A DNA stretch of 64,000 nucleotides from a virus. Below are positions 19,078-29,537 of the stretch, piece after piece. The DNA is taken from positions 1 to 64,000 of the IMG/VR virus record IMGVR_UViG_3300020424_000002, one strand, 5' to 3'. Position numbers and translations under genes: made by a program. Position 1 is the first letter of the stretch. Each line of letters begins with the position of its first letter. The notes under the pieces are model-generated. The model worked only from the letters and a program-made list of their open reading frames with translations, was not told the DNA's origin and did no database searches.

Positions 19078-19623
19078 TTAATAAGGCAACCTATCTATTA
19101 CTAAATGTATTCTGTCTATGTCACTTTCGTTTCTAACACCATGATTTTTTGTGTTCTCTAATTCATAAACATTACCTTTCTCAAGATAATAGTCTTTATC
19201 TAAACATTTCATGTAAACTTTTGGATTAGTAACAATTGGTATATGGTATCTTCTAGTTTTAGAAAAAATATTTTCTCTGCCAGTAGGTACATCTTGATGT
19301 TCTCTAACACTACAACCTGCTAAAAGTTTTATGAATACAGCATTTATTAATTTTGCAGGGCCATGAATACTATCTAAAGTTCTATTAATATCATCTAATT
19401 CATTAGCAAACAAAAGATATTCTTCGTGATATTCTATTTGATTGTATTCGTTAGATTGGTTTGGGTCAAAATCTCTTTTATTTGCTGACCATTTAAGAGG
19501 TATACAACGAGTATCTTCATGAGCACCACCTCTGCGTTTAGTCCAAACTTCCCATCTTTCTTGAGTAATAGGATTTAATTTTTCAATGAGATTATCGGCA
19601 TTTATAGAAAAAAGTGTTTGCAT
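19078..19623 (-). CDS. Aspartyl/asparaginyl beta-hydroxylase family 2OG-Fe(II) oxygenase
   Basis: L.AGCSVREHQD, RYHIPIVTN, G.VYELENTKNHGVRN...DRIHLVID. Confidence 0.88.
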   Translation of the reverse strand: MQTLFSINADNLIEKLNPITQERWEVWTKRRGGAHEDTRCIPLKWSANKRDFDPNQSNEYNQIEYHEEYLLFANELDDINRTLDSIHGPAKLINAVFIKLLAGCSVREHQDVPTGRENIFSKTRRYHIPIVTNPKVYMKCLDKDYYLEKGNVYELENTKNHGVRNESDIDRIHLVIDRLPY

Positions 19624-20294
19624 TAATCTGCATCTACTGTAAGACCAAAAGGATATAGAGTCCCAGTGTCAGGCAATGCTCCATTACCACTACCATCTCG
19701 AGGATAAGATTCAGATATATCATTAATATCAAGAACTACCCTTGCTAGATTAGAATTATTAGTGGAAAAGTAATTTCCATTATTATTCATCCATCGAGTA
19801 TACGCCGTAGCACTACCGCCTGGAGCAACTGCCACTACTATTATGGCACCATCATAATCACCTTCACCTTCATCTTCCCAAAAAGACCTAGCAAAATATT
19901 GAATAACACTAGTATTATTAGTATATGTATAACTATTACCCCCTGTATAATAGGTGGAAAAAGTGTTACCATATGCGAAACTTCTCCTTCGAGAAGTAAT
20001 GGTCTGATGACCTACAAAACTATGTACACTTCCACTCCAAGATGGGCCGTCACCATAGACTGCAATAGGTGCTGTTCCACGATTACTTACGCCAGGGAAT
20101 CCATCTTGATAAGCACCACGACATTGACTAAAACTTTTTGCTCCAGCTTTACTTTTTTTAAATCCTGTAAGATTTCTTATTCTTTGATGATTAAAATTTA
20201 TTGTTGTACCGCTTGTCCCGCCAGACTCTACATGGATTTGATTTAAACTTATTGGCCCTGTTGAGGGTAGTGTTGTACCTTGCCAAAAAGGCAT
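19623..20294 (-). CDS. Putative tail-fibre tip adhesin/receptor-binding protein
   Basis: N-terminal LPSTGPISLNQIHVESGGTSG...IRNL, typical of small proteins encoded after S74-chaperoned fibres; aromatic/Gly-rich C-terminal part. Confidence 0.65.
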   Translation of the reverse strand: MPFWQGTTLPSTGPISLNQIHVESGGTSGTTINFNHQRIRNLTGFKKSKAGAKSFSQCRGAYQDGFPGVSNRGTAPIAVYGDGPSWSGSVHSFVGHQTITSRRRSFAYGNTFSTYYTGGNSYTYTNNTSVIQYFARSFWEDEGEGDYDGAIIVVAVAPGGSATAYTRWMNNNGNYFSTNNSNLARVVLDINDISESYPRDGSGNGALPDTGTLYPFGLTVDAD

Positions 20295-22888
20295 TAAACT
20301 TTCTCCTTTAATGTTTTGATTTCTTCTGAAAGTTCTTTAATAGATTCTACTAAAAGACCTACAACATTACCATATCTAATTGCTAGATGACCATTACTGT
20401 TCCAGAAATTAGTTTTATATACTGCTTCTGGAAGAACCTTTTGTACTTGTTGTGCAATCAATCCAGTCATTGCTCTACCATCATTTTTATATGTCCAGTT
20501 AATTCCATCTAAAGACATTACTTTGTCTAATGCATTATTAATAGGTGTAATGTTTTCTTTTAATGTAATGTCAGATGTACCATAGTATGCTGTAATATCA
20601 CCAGTAGACCTAAGTTCTGTACCAGTTACTACTCCAAAACTTACATTAGTACCAGCACCAGATGTAAGATAACCAGAAGGATTACTACTATTATATGGTG
20701 TATATCCTAATGCAGTTGTAACCATAGATGATGTAATACCTGTTATATAACCAGCACCATTTGTTAATTGATTATTGTTTGATGGTATAGTTGGTAGTCC
20801 AGATAAACTAGAATATGCACCATTGAAATTACTTGTTCCAGCACCTATCAAATTTCTTATTTCAGTTGCTGATATTCCAGAGTTAAGAGATGGTGACGAA
20901 CCATCACTTAATATTGCTGGTGTTCCTGTGTCATTTACAATTGTTGGTAAACCAGATAAACTAGAATATGCACCATCAAAATTAATTGTTGCAGCTGTTC
21001 CAAGACCTATTACATCTCTTATTTCAGCTGCTGATATTCCAGAGTTTAAAGAAGGTGTTGAACCATTACTTGTAATTGCTGGAGTTTGTGTTACATCTGT
21101 TGAAAGGTCTATTGTTCCATCATTATCATCATAAGTAACTGTAATACCAGATTCAGTATTACTAGAGAACATTGCACCTACAGTGTCCTCAATAAATTCT
21201 GTATCAATTGAAATTGCACCACTTGATATACCAAAATGAGTTGAATTAAAAGATGCAATACCTTTATTAGTTGCACTGGCATCCTCACCAGTAATTGTTA
21301 CTGTTGAACCAGATACAGCAGTATCTATACCTTCACCACCAGCTATATCTATGGTTGTACCTTCGGTTACTGATTTACTTCCACTATCTGCCTCTACACT
21401 CCACCCAGAATATGTATCAACTGCATTTGTACTTGCAGATGTTACTCTACCAAATGCATCAATTACTAAAGCTGGGATTGCACTTGCAGAACCATATGTT
21501 CCAGCAGTTACACCACTATCTGCAAGTCCTAGTGTAACTGAATTTGTTTCTCCACCAGCATTTGATTCTGATGCAGTAAGTTCTCCAGAGTCTACATTGA
21601 CATCTGAAACATAGGGGCCAGATGTTTTTGTTCCTAGAGTTACAGCATTATTTGCAATTGCATCTGTGTCTACTGCATCGTCAGCCAACTCACTAGCACC
21701 AACTGCGTTTGCAGCTATTTCTGAACTTCCAATTGTATTCGCTGCAATATTACCACCAACAATTGTGTTGTCAGCAATCATTGAACTTACAATTGCATCG
21801 TCTCCTATTACAAAATCTAAACTACCAACACCACTACCATTATCATCATATGTGACTGTAATACCTGTTTCAGTATTACCAGAAACCATTGCACCAACAA
21901 TGTCTTCAATCTCTTCTTGAGTTTTACCTGTTGATGATATTACTAATGAATCAGAACCATCGGTATAAGTAACTGTTGTTGAACCAGTACCAGATATAAA
22001 TGCACCTACAATATCCTGTACTCTTTCTTGTAAACTACCACCTGTAAATGAAACATCTCCCTCTGCAAGTGTGACTGCACCTGTTTTACCAGCAACACTG
22101 GTCACTGGTGCATCTGCTTGACTGAATGAAATTACACCTGTTGAATTATCGTATGAGATATCTCCACTTGCAGTTATAGCTCCTCTGACTGCAGCTTGTA
22201 ATCCTTGAATATCACCTATTGCAATATCTCCACCTGCTTTTTGCAGTTTCATTCCACTTCTTAAACTTAAGTTAGCATTGACATCAACCTTGTTTGAAGA
22301 ACCACCAGCATTTAAAAATATATCTGCACCATCTGATTCTATCTGTACACCAACTCCAGATGGGGGAGCAGTGACAATACCAGTTGCATCTGCATTAATT
22401 ACAACTCCACCTGTAGTATCATGATTGTAAATAGAACCAGCACCAGTCTTAGTCCATTGTGTTGTTGCAGCTTGAGTTGCACCAGCAACACCTTCGTATG
22501 AACCTGTAAAGGATGTAATTCTTATAATGTCTGAATTTGCAGCTGATGTTGCAAGAGTAATACTTGTACCATTGGTTGCAGAATAGTCTGTACCACTTCT
22601 AAGTAGTGTACCATTCTTAAATACTAGTAGTCTATTAACAGAATACTGTAGTGTTTCACCAAAGTTATCTGTACCACTAAATGTTCTATTTGAACTTGAA
22701 CCATCTGAACCATCGAATTCAAAGTCTTGAAAAAAGAAATACTGGTCAATGATACTATTAATAGAATCTACTAAAGAACCTTTTTGACTGGTTCTAAGCG
22801 AACCTAATCCACCAACTTCATCTACTAAGTCGTTATACGATTGTCTAAACTCTTCTAAAGTTTGATTATTACTTACATTCTTCGCCAT
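20294..22888 (-). CDS. Long tail fibre with C-terminal intramolecular chaperone (peptidase S74) domain
   Basis: SDITLKENI..I.NALDKV..L.G..W, GLIAQQVQKVLPEAV, IRYGNVVGLLVESIKEL; fibre repeats upstream. Confidence 0.9.
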   Translation of the reverse strand: MAKNVSNNQTLEEFRQSYNDLVDEVGGLGSLRTSQKGSLVDSINSIIDQYFFFQDFEFDGSDGSSSNRTFSGTDNFGETLQYSVNRLLVFKNGTLLRSGTDYSATNGTSITLATSAANSDIIRITSFTGSYEGVAGATQAATTQWTKTGAGSIYNHDTTGGVVINADATGIVTAPPSGVGVQIESDGADIFLNAGGSSNKVDVNANLSLRSGMKLQKAGGDIAIGDIQGLQAAVRGAITASGDISYDNSTGVISFSQADAPVTSVAGKTGAVTLAEGDVSFTGGSLQERVQDIVGAFISGTGSTTVTYTDGSDSLVISSTGKTQEEIEDIVGAMVSGNTETGITVTYDDNGSGVGSLDFVIGDDAIVSSMIADNTIVGGNIAANTIGSSEIAANAVGASELADDAVDTDAIANNAVTLGTKTSGPYVSDVNVDSGELTASESNAGGETNSVTLGLADSGVTAGTYGSASAIPALVIDAFGRVTSASTNAVDTYSGWSVEADSGSKSVTEGTTIDIAGGEGIDTAVSGSTVTITGEDASATNKGIASFNSTHFGISSGAISIDTEFIEDTVGAMFSSNTESGITVTYDDNDGTIDLSTDVTQTPAITSNGSTPSLNSGISAAEIRDVIGLGTAATINFDGAYSSLSGLPTIVNDTGTPAILSDGSSPSLNSGISATEIRNLIGAGTSNFNGAYSSLSGLPTIPSNNNQLTNGAGYITGITSSMVTTALGYTPYNSSNPSGYLTSGAGTNVSFGVVTGTELRSTGDITAYYGTSDITLKENITPINNALDKVMSLDGINWTYKNDGRAMTGLIAQQVQKVLPEAVYKTNFWNSNGHLAIRYGNVVGLLVESIKELSEEIKTLKEKV

Positions 22889-23087
22889 TGCATTTTTCCA
22901 AAACCTGTGTCATCATCATTTTTAATTCTGACATTTCTAATTTTAATTGTTCTATCTCACCATTTTTTGCTTGTATAAGAGTTCTTCGTTTTTTATACAA
23001 AGTATAAGCATCCTTATCAGTATTTATAACTGCTTTGCTAAATTCATCTTTTACAAGATGTTTATGTCCTTCTACTTTTTTACGCAA
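22869..23087 (-). CDS. Conserved small hypothetical protein
   Basis: KVEGHKHLVKD..SKAVINTD...Y..Y plus a coiled coil; typically follows the VrlC-like gene in marine T4-like phages. Confidence 0.75.
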   Translation of the reverse strand: MRKKVEGHKHLVKDEFSKAVINTDKDAYTLYKKRRTLIQAKNGEIEQLKLEMSELKMMMTQVLEKCNGEECK

Positions 23088-26000
23088 GTGCTATACTCCT
23101 AAATGCTCTTATTGCACATGGTTCAACTGTTCTTTTACTTTGCATTACTACTTTGATTGCAAATCCTACAAACTCTTCTAAGTCTAGTGCATCATATTCA
23201 TATGACCTAAATTTGCCTGAGTCTGCATCTGGTACATTTGTAGTTGCAAATTCTGTCCATCCTAGTTCTTCAAATGGAAGAGTAGAATCTGATTTTAATA
23301 ATTTAAAGTATGTTCTTATCTGTCCATCTGCAATACCTGCTGGTCTAAATCCATCAAAGACAACTTTAAGTTGTGATGCTGGATTTTCTAATTGTACTAA
23401 TCTTGTACAGTAGATAGCTGCATTGTTATCACCTTCTGGTTCTGTTGATGCAACTGTTCCTGTATTAGTTGCAGTAGTACCAGCATCAATTCTGTTCATA
23501 ATAGTGTTTGCACCTATAGAACCGACATCAACTACTGGTGAAACAAAATCAGATGTCGATGTCATATCAAGTTCTAATTTAAATGATTTAACTCCAGACA
23601 TATTATCAGTTTCGTTTACCTCTGATGCAACAATCCCAGAATTAAATAAGAAGTTATTGTCGTTAAGAACAATTACTTCACCAGCAGAGTTTCTAGAATA
23701 ACTATTATCATCACCATTTATTTGTCCTGTAGTTGTTCTAAATATTTCAGATGTTATTCCTGTTTTAGGATGTATTATATTAGGTACTAAAGTATGCAGT
23801 ACATCGTAGTACATATTTTCTGTTGCAGTGACATCTTCACCACCACCTCTTGTAGGTTCAACTGCACCTAACATAGTAGATGGTATAGACACATCAAATT
23901 CATATGAATCCATATCAAAAGATGCAATTTGATTTGTTGCGTTGATTAAACTAATAGGTATTCCACCTAATGAATCTTCTACAGTGTTTACTGTAATTGT
24001 AACAAATGCATCTGAACCAGTACCACCAACTTGACTATTAGGAATTTGAAAAGTTTCATTAACTGCATATTGTGAGCCTGGGTTGTTTAGTTTTACTGTA
24101 CCAGATGTAATTTGATTTGTATCCGATAATGTTAAATTAAATGTTGCACTTTTACCATTTCCACTTGCAATTCCAGTTGCAGTATATGAACCAGCTGCAC
24201 CAGCAGCAGTTCCTGCTGGACTTCCTACTGTAAATGTTCTAATACTATTAGACCTATCACCTTTTACATTTGCAAGTATAACTTTAGAATCTGTATCATA
24301 CATACCATGTGCTTGATGGAATACTTTTACTCTGTCTCTATCTGCACTACCAAAAACTTGAACTGGATTGTTTTTTAGTTTTTTAACTGGTACTGCATTA
24401 TTTTCTAATACAACTTTACCAGATGATGAAGTAAACTTACATCTGTTAATATTGAATTTTAAATCTTGTAATTGTTCTGGTGTCCATGTTGAACTGTTTT
24501 GTGATTTAAATAATACACCAGCATATGGTTGTTTGTCAATTGGTTCTTTTGTATGTACATCAAAGTCACCCATTTCTGCAACCCATGTTAAATATGCATT
24601 TGAGTTTGATTCAAGTACAAAACAATATTCTGTTTGTGGATTTAAATAAACTGGTGCTGGAAAAGTAAACTTAGTAGGTGTTTGTGCATTTACACTAACA
24701 TTAACTTCATTTGGATATAAAGTTTTTTCTGCAAGAGGTAATACTTTTTGAGTTGGTGAACCATTTAACATTTGTCTAATAGAACATGTCACTGGTAAAC
24801 CACCACCATCTTTTGCACTAAAGAATACTTCGATTGAATTTATAAACACACCTTCTTCTTTTTCTATTAAGAATGATTGTGCAAGTGGGTCAACCCATCT
24901 TGTTGATGAGTTTGTTGTGACTAATTGTCCACCTCTTGCTTCGTTTACTGTTTCTTGTACTACTCTACCATTTCTTGTAGATATAAATTCTGTTTGTTGA
25001 GATGTTAATGAACCATTTGCCATAAAGTTAGTAAATGCAGATGTAGTAGATAATTCACTATCTACTGTTGCAGTATCAGTAACCTTTAATGTTCTAATAC
25101 CAGTTTCAAATCTAAGTGCATCTGTATTAGGTACAGTAAAGATTGCATTTAATTTACCTTGGTTATCTGTTTTTAATTGTGTTCCTTTTGCAGTTCCACC
25201 ACTTACACCATAAGTTGCAGATGAAGGAGTACAATGTGCATTTACTTGAACATTATCAAAAAATACATTTAATGCAGTATTTGGTTTTAACAATTCACCA
25301 GATATGGTTATATCGATAGTTCTCATGAAGTTGATTGCAGATACACCTACAACTCTATCTGCTCTTGTTTCTACAATATCTTCAACAACATTTGTGACTA
25401 TACCTGTTCTAGATTCTACTGTAGGAATAGTTCTTGTCACTGTGGTACGAACACCCCTTCTTCCTCTTCTTCTTCTGAATCTTCTTCTTCGTCCTCTTCT
25501 CCTTTCTGGTTCTGCTTCAAAGTCACCACGAGCTATACCAGAAAATCTTCTTGTCTCAATTACTTCATCTGATTGTCTTGTAATTATTGGAGCTCCTGCC
25601 CATGTTTGTTGCCAGTCATTCCATACTGTTCCTACTTCTACACCAGCTAATATTGCATCAAAATTACCTTCTTGAGAACTTATAATATTTGGTAATTGTT
25701 CCATGTCATGCCAAACATCTTTATCTGGACTTAATTCTAATCTACCTACAAAGTTTGCAACATCATATGGGTTTACATTAACTTGTTTAGATGCTTTTGT
25801 AGATGTGATATGTGTTTCTTCTGTAAATGGTAATGTAAGTAAATCACCACTTCTAGTTATTGTTGATGATAAACCACTATTATAACTTAAATCAAAATAA
25901 TTTGTTCTATGTGCTGGACGACATACTCCATTTTTCTGGTCTATTGATACACCATAATCTGGATGAAATACATCTCCGACTCCATGACCTTTGAATGCAT

Positions 26001-29000
26001 CAACAACAAAACCAGATTTAAATCTATCAAATCCATCATCATCTAAAACTTGTAATGTTTCAGTCTTCTCTTCTAACATAGAAAGTGAGACTGCTGTTTC
26101 TAATTGTGTTAGTCTTCGTTGTATACCATCTAAATCTCTCATGGTATATCTTCTATGATGTATCAGTTTAGTTTGTACTTCTCCTACATCTGGAGTAAAT
26201 GCTGGTATGAATATTTCTGCAATCTCAATTGCATTATCAACCTTTGCACCTTTTACTGGATTTTCAGATGGTTCACCTGTGACAACTATAAACTCACCCT
26301 GTGAAGATAAAAATATTCTATCTCTTCTTGGTAAATAATATTCGTAATCTATTGTTATATTAGAACCTATTTTTGCAAGGTCTGGTGCGTATCCATTTCC
26401 ATCAAAACTTGTTTGACTATAATCAAATGGTTTTACAGATATAACAGAAGAGATATCCTGTGCAGTTGACACATCATGGTCTGGATTATCTGTGACTAAT
26501 CTAGCTGCTACTGGTCTATAGTCAATTGAGTCTGCAAGGTTAAATACACCATCTTCATCAAGAGATGCAGATGGGTCAAATCTGTCTGATTCATAAACTG
26601 GTATTTCTTCTGGTGATAAGCCTGGATAAGATGCAACACCTGTAAAGTTATTTCCAGAACCATGTGTAAAGTAATCAAATACAATCATGATTGGATTTTG
26701 TGGTGCAGAACCAGATTCTTTTCTAGTAATTTTACTTAAACCATAAAAACCATCTCTTTGACCATCATCAAATATATAACTACTTGTAATATTTTTTGAA
26801 CCTTTTGTAACATTTGCAATTGTTCCAGATTTAGATGTTCCATCTACGAATGTTATTCCTTCACCACTTTGGAATAGTGGAGAGTTTTCTACATAGTAAA
26901 AGAAGTTTGATGTTCCATCGTTATCAATTAAAATACCTCTTGCACCAGAGACAACTCCTACGATTTCTGTTCCAGCATTGGTTAATGCATTTCCACCACC
27001 ATCTGGTGTATATGTAAATGATGGTGGTAAAGGTGTAGTCACAAAATCTGATGCAGACGAACCACCTGTAGGATTAAGTGCATCACCACCTTCATAGATT
27101 CCTCTTATTGCATACACATCTGCAACACCCAATGATATATCTTTATCTTGGAAACCAATTCCATAATTATTTGACACACTTGCAGAGTTTACTGTTATAC
27201 ATGCACCTTGTACAAAAGTTTTTGCATTTATGGTTGGTGTTGCTCTTTGTAAAGTTGCAATAACTTTACAAACACCAGAAACACTTCCTACATTAATTAC
27301 TACTGAATTTGTTCCAGCTCCAGTGACTTGTCCTACTCCACCTGTATCATTTAAAGCTAGTTTACTTCCATCTGGTAATGCAACATGATAATCATCTTCT
27401 GAAAATGCAACAAATGTACCATCTGATGCAGACATAGTGACTGTATTACTAGCAACTGTAATATTTTTTTGTCTTCTAATTATTTCTGTTTCAACTTGTG
27501 AAATGTCTTTAATACCTTGATTTGGTAAACCAGAGATTGCAACTGTTTGGTCTGGTCTTTGAAACTTTGCTCTTTGTCTTATTATGTTTCCTGTTATAAC
27601 TTCTGCTGTACTACTAATATCAGAAACAGATATAGAAGTATTACTACTGATTGATAGCACTGTAGTAGTATTACCATTAGGTAATAAAAGTTTATCTCCT
27701 ACTACAAGTTCTGATAAGAACCTTGATGCTGAACCTGTGATGGTATCTGCACTAGATGTTTCGGTATCTGATGTGACACTTGCACTTCCTGTTAAAAAGA
27801 AGTTATCTTCTAAAACTACATCTGCACCAAATACAGCCTGATTACCAGTTCCCCTATCTTGATGTAATCTTTTGATTTCACCAGAGTCATATATTCTAAG
27901 TGAGTTAGTTGCTTTTGTTTTACTACTATCGTTAAATACTTGTACAGTTTCGTTTGCTTGGAATGTACCTACAACACTATGTAATAACATAGTTGAGGAA
28001 CTACTTGAGTCTGTTGCAGTAATACCTGTTGCACCAGAAGATTGTCCTTTTACTTTTATACCTTGAACAAACCCAGTACCAAAATTACCAGATGCACCAA
28101 GTTTAGTAAACATTGTTATATCAAATAGATATACTTCGTCATCGGTTGAATCTGCATTACCTTCGTATGCTCTTACTCTTGCAAAACCTATTTGTTGTCC
28201 ACCACCAGTTCCATTACCAGAAGAACCTAATGCAGTATCATAAAGATTTATTGTACTGTAAGAATTTACTGGATTTTCTTCATCTATATCTGGTAATCCA
28301 AAAGTATTATTAACTCTTAAAAAATTACCAATTCTAAATGGTGATGCAACATTATTTTTTGATAGTGTTGTTCTTGCTTTGTCAAATGTTAAAAAGGTTG
28401 GAGTTTGTTTATCTACTTCAAAACCTCTTACATATGCTTTACCAGCAGATAATGTACCTATGAATTTTTCTGAGTCTCCTCTTGGACTATCAGTAGATGT
28501 ATAAACACCATTATTTGATAAATCATTTAAATGTTCTCTAAATCCTAGAGTAAAAGGTTGTAATGTATAATCACCAGATTCATCAAATGTTCTTCGTGCA
28601 AGAGTTTCTTGTAGTCTGTTATATTCTGTTATTTCTTGTTTCTTAACAACTTCACCACCAGACAATCTCATTAATTCTATAAAGTCTGTTGAGTCTGTTG
28701 CAGTTAATGATTTCTTTGCAAGAGTTAGTGTGATTGTAAGTCTATCCGCTCCTGGCGCATTTTCATTTGACGAACCAGCTGCATTATCTAATAGACTTGA
28801 ATCTTCTGTATAAGTTGTAAGTGTTTCTGCAATATCTACACCAATCTTGTAGGATGGAGTATTAGAATATTTTTCTAGTATAATGGTTTGTGCAGGCACC
28901 TTGACAAACATACCTCTAGTGTATATAATACCTTCGGATATACTAGCTGCAGAACCAACCATTGACCCTATATCTGTAGAACCACTTATTGAAAAAACTC

Positions 29001-29526
29001 TAAATTGATTATTGGATGATGCAGAAGAATAACCACCAAGATTATCTGAATTTTGAGTTACCTCATTTAGTATTTCACCATCTTGAAATTCTGTATAAAA
29101 TGTAGAACCAACATTACCTGTTGCTTGATACTTAACATGAAGTGTTAATGCATCATCTGTAGTTTTTTGACTTGTATTTACAACCTTACCTACAACTCCT
29201 GTTGTTTGTCCTTGGTAAAATTTACCTACAGATTCAGTACGAAAAGATTCAGTGGCTTGAACTCCACTTCCATTTGGATTTGTATCTTCAACCCTTACTC
29301 CAAAATATTGATTATCATAGTTAGTTCTTGCACCAAGGATGATTGCACCCTCTTTAAACATGTGAGAACCAAATCTTTCAATTTGATTTTGAAGTATTGA
29401 TTGTAATTGTGTTAGTTCCCTAGCCTGTATGGCTGCAGATGGTTTGAAAAGAACACGATGAAAATTCTTGTCCTCTGCAAAATCATCATAATAAGGACTA
29501 ACATTAAGGTCTGTTTTCTGAGCCAC
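23080..29526 (-). CDS. Large virion structural protein (VrlC-like / DUF4815)
   Basis: MAQKTDLNVSPYYDDF, RVLFKP..AIQARELTQLQSILQNQIERFG, APGADRL, LARRTFDESGDY, RFKSGFVVDAF, DPLAQSF. Confidence 0.9.
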   Translation of the reverse strand: MAQKTDLNVSPYYDDFAEDKNFHRVLFKPSAAIQARELTQLQSILQNQIERFGSHMFKEGAIILGARTNYDNQYFGVRVEDTNPNGSGVQATESFRTESVGKFYQGQTTGVVGKVVNTSQKTTDDALTLHVKYQATGNVGSTFYTEFQDGEILNEVTQNSDNLGGYSSASSNNQFRVFSISGSTDIGSMVGSAASISEGIIYTRGMFVKVPAQTIILEKYSNTPSYKIGVDIAETLTTYTEDSSLLDNAAGSSNENAPGADRLTITLTLAKKSLTATDSTDFIELMRLSGGEVVKKQEITEYNRLQETLARRTFDESGDYTLQPFTLGFREHLNDLSNNGVYTSTDSPRGDSEKFIGTLSAGKAYVRGFEVDKQTPTFLTFDKARTTLSKNNVASPFRIGNFLRVNNTFGLPDIDEENPVNSYSTINLYDTALGSSGNGTGGGQQIGFARVRAYEGNADSTDDEVYLFDITMFTKLGASGNFGTGFVQGIKVKGQSSGATGITATDSSSSSTMLLHSVVGTFQANETVQVFNDSSKTKATNSLRIYDSGEIKRLHQDRGTGNQAVFGADVVLEDNFFLTGSASVTSDTETSSADTITGSASRFLSELVVGDKLLLPNGNTTTVLSISSNTSISVSDISSTAEVITGNIIRQRAKFQRPDQTVAISGLPNQGIKDISQVETEIIRRQKNITVASNTVTMSASDGTFVAFSEDDYHVALPDGSKLALNDTGGVGQVTGAGTNSVVINVGSVSGVCKVIATLQRATPTINAKTFVQGACITVNSASVSNNYGIGFQDKDISLGVADVYAIRGIYEGGDALNPTGGSSASDFVTTPLPPSFTYTPDGGGNALTNAGTEIVGVVSGARGILIDNDGTSNFFYYVENSPLFQSGEGITFVDGTSKSGTIANVTKGSKNITSSYIFDDGQRDGFYGLSKITRKESGSAPQNPIMIVFDYFTHGSGNNFTGVASYPGLSPEEIPVYESDRFDPSASLDEDGVFNLADSIDYRPVAARLVTDNPDHDVSTAQDISSVISVKPFDYSQTSFDGNGYAPDLAKIGSNITIDYEYYLPRRDRIFLSSQGEFIVVTGEPSENPVKGAKVDNAIEIAEIFIPAFTPDVGEVQTKLIHHRRYTMRDLDGIQRRLTQLETAVSLSMLEEKTETLQVLDDDGFDRFKSGFVVDAFKGHGVGDVFHPDYGVSIDQKNGVCRPAHRTNYFDLSYNSGLSSTITRSGDLLTLPFTEETHITSTKASKQVNVNPYDVANFVGRLELSPDKDVWHDMEQLPNIISSQEGNFDAILAGVEVGTVWNDWQQTWAGAPIITRQSDEVIETRRFSGIARGDFEAEPERRRGRRRRFRRRRGRRGVRTTVTRTIPTVESRTGIVTNVVEDIVETRADRVVGVSAINFMRTIDITISGELLKPNTALNVFFDNVQVNAHCTPSSATYGVSGGTAKGTQLKTDNQGKLNAIFTVPNTDALRFETGIRTLKVTDTATVDSELSTTSAFTNFMANGSLTSQQTEFISTRNGRVVQETVNEARGGQLVTTNSSTRWVDPLAQSFLIEKEEGVFINSIEVFFSAKDGGGLPVTCSIRQMLNGSPTQKVLPLAEKTLYPNEVNVSVNAQTPTKFTFPAPVYLNPQTEYCFVLESNSNAYLTWVAEMGDFDVHTKEPIDKQPYAGVLFKSQNSSTWTPEQLQDLKFNINRCKFTSSSGKVVLENNAVPVKKLKNNPVQVFGSADRDRVKVFHQAHGMYDTDSKVILANVKGDRSNSIRTFTVGSPAGTAAGAAGSYTATGIASGNGKSATFNLTLSDTNQITSGTVKLNNPGSQYAVNETFQIPNSQVGGTGSDAFVTITVNTVEDSLGGIPISLINATNQIASFDMDSYEFDVSIPSTMLGAVEPTRGGGEDVTATENMYYDVLHTLVPNIIHPKTGITSEIFRTTTGQINGDDNSYSRNSAGEVIVLNDNNFLFNSGIVASEVNETDNMSGVKSFKLELDMTSTSDFVSPVVDVGSIGANTIMNRIDAGTTATNTGTVASTEPEGDNNAAIYCTRLVQLENPASQLKVVFDGFRPAGIADGQIRTYFKLLKSDSTLPFEELGWTEFATTNVPDADSGKFRSYEYDALDLEEFVGFAIKVVMQSKRTVEPCAIRAFRSIALA

Positions 29527-29537
29527 TGTTAGTTATC

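Noticed and set aside
11174-22888. Diversity-generating retroelement or invertible fibre cassette
   Set aside because: No reverse transcriptase or recombinase in the window, and the repeat pairs do not show adenine-specific differences.
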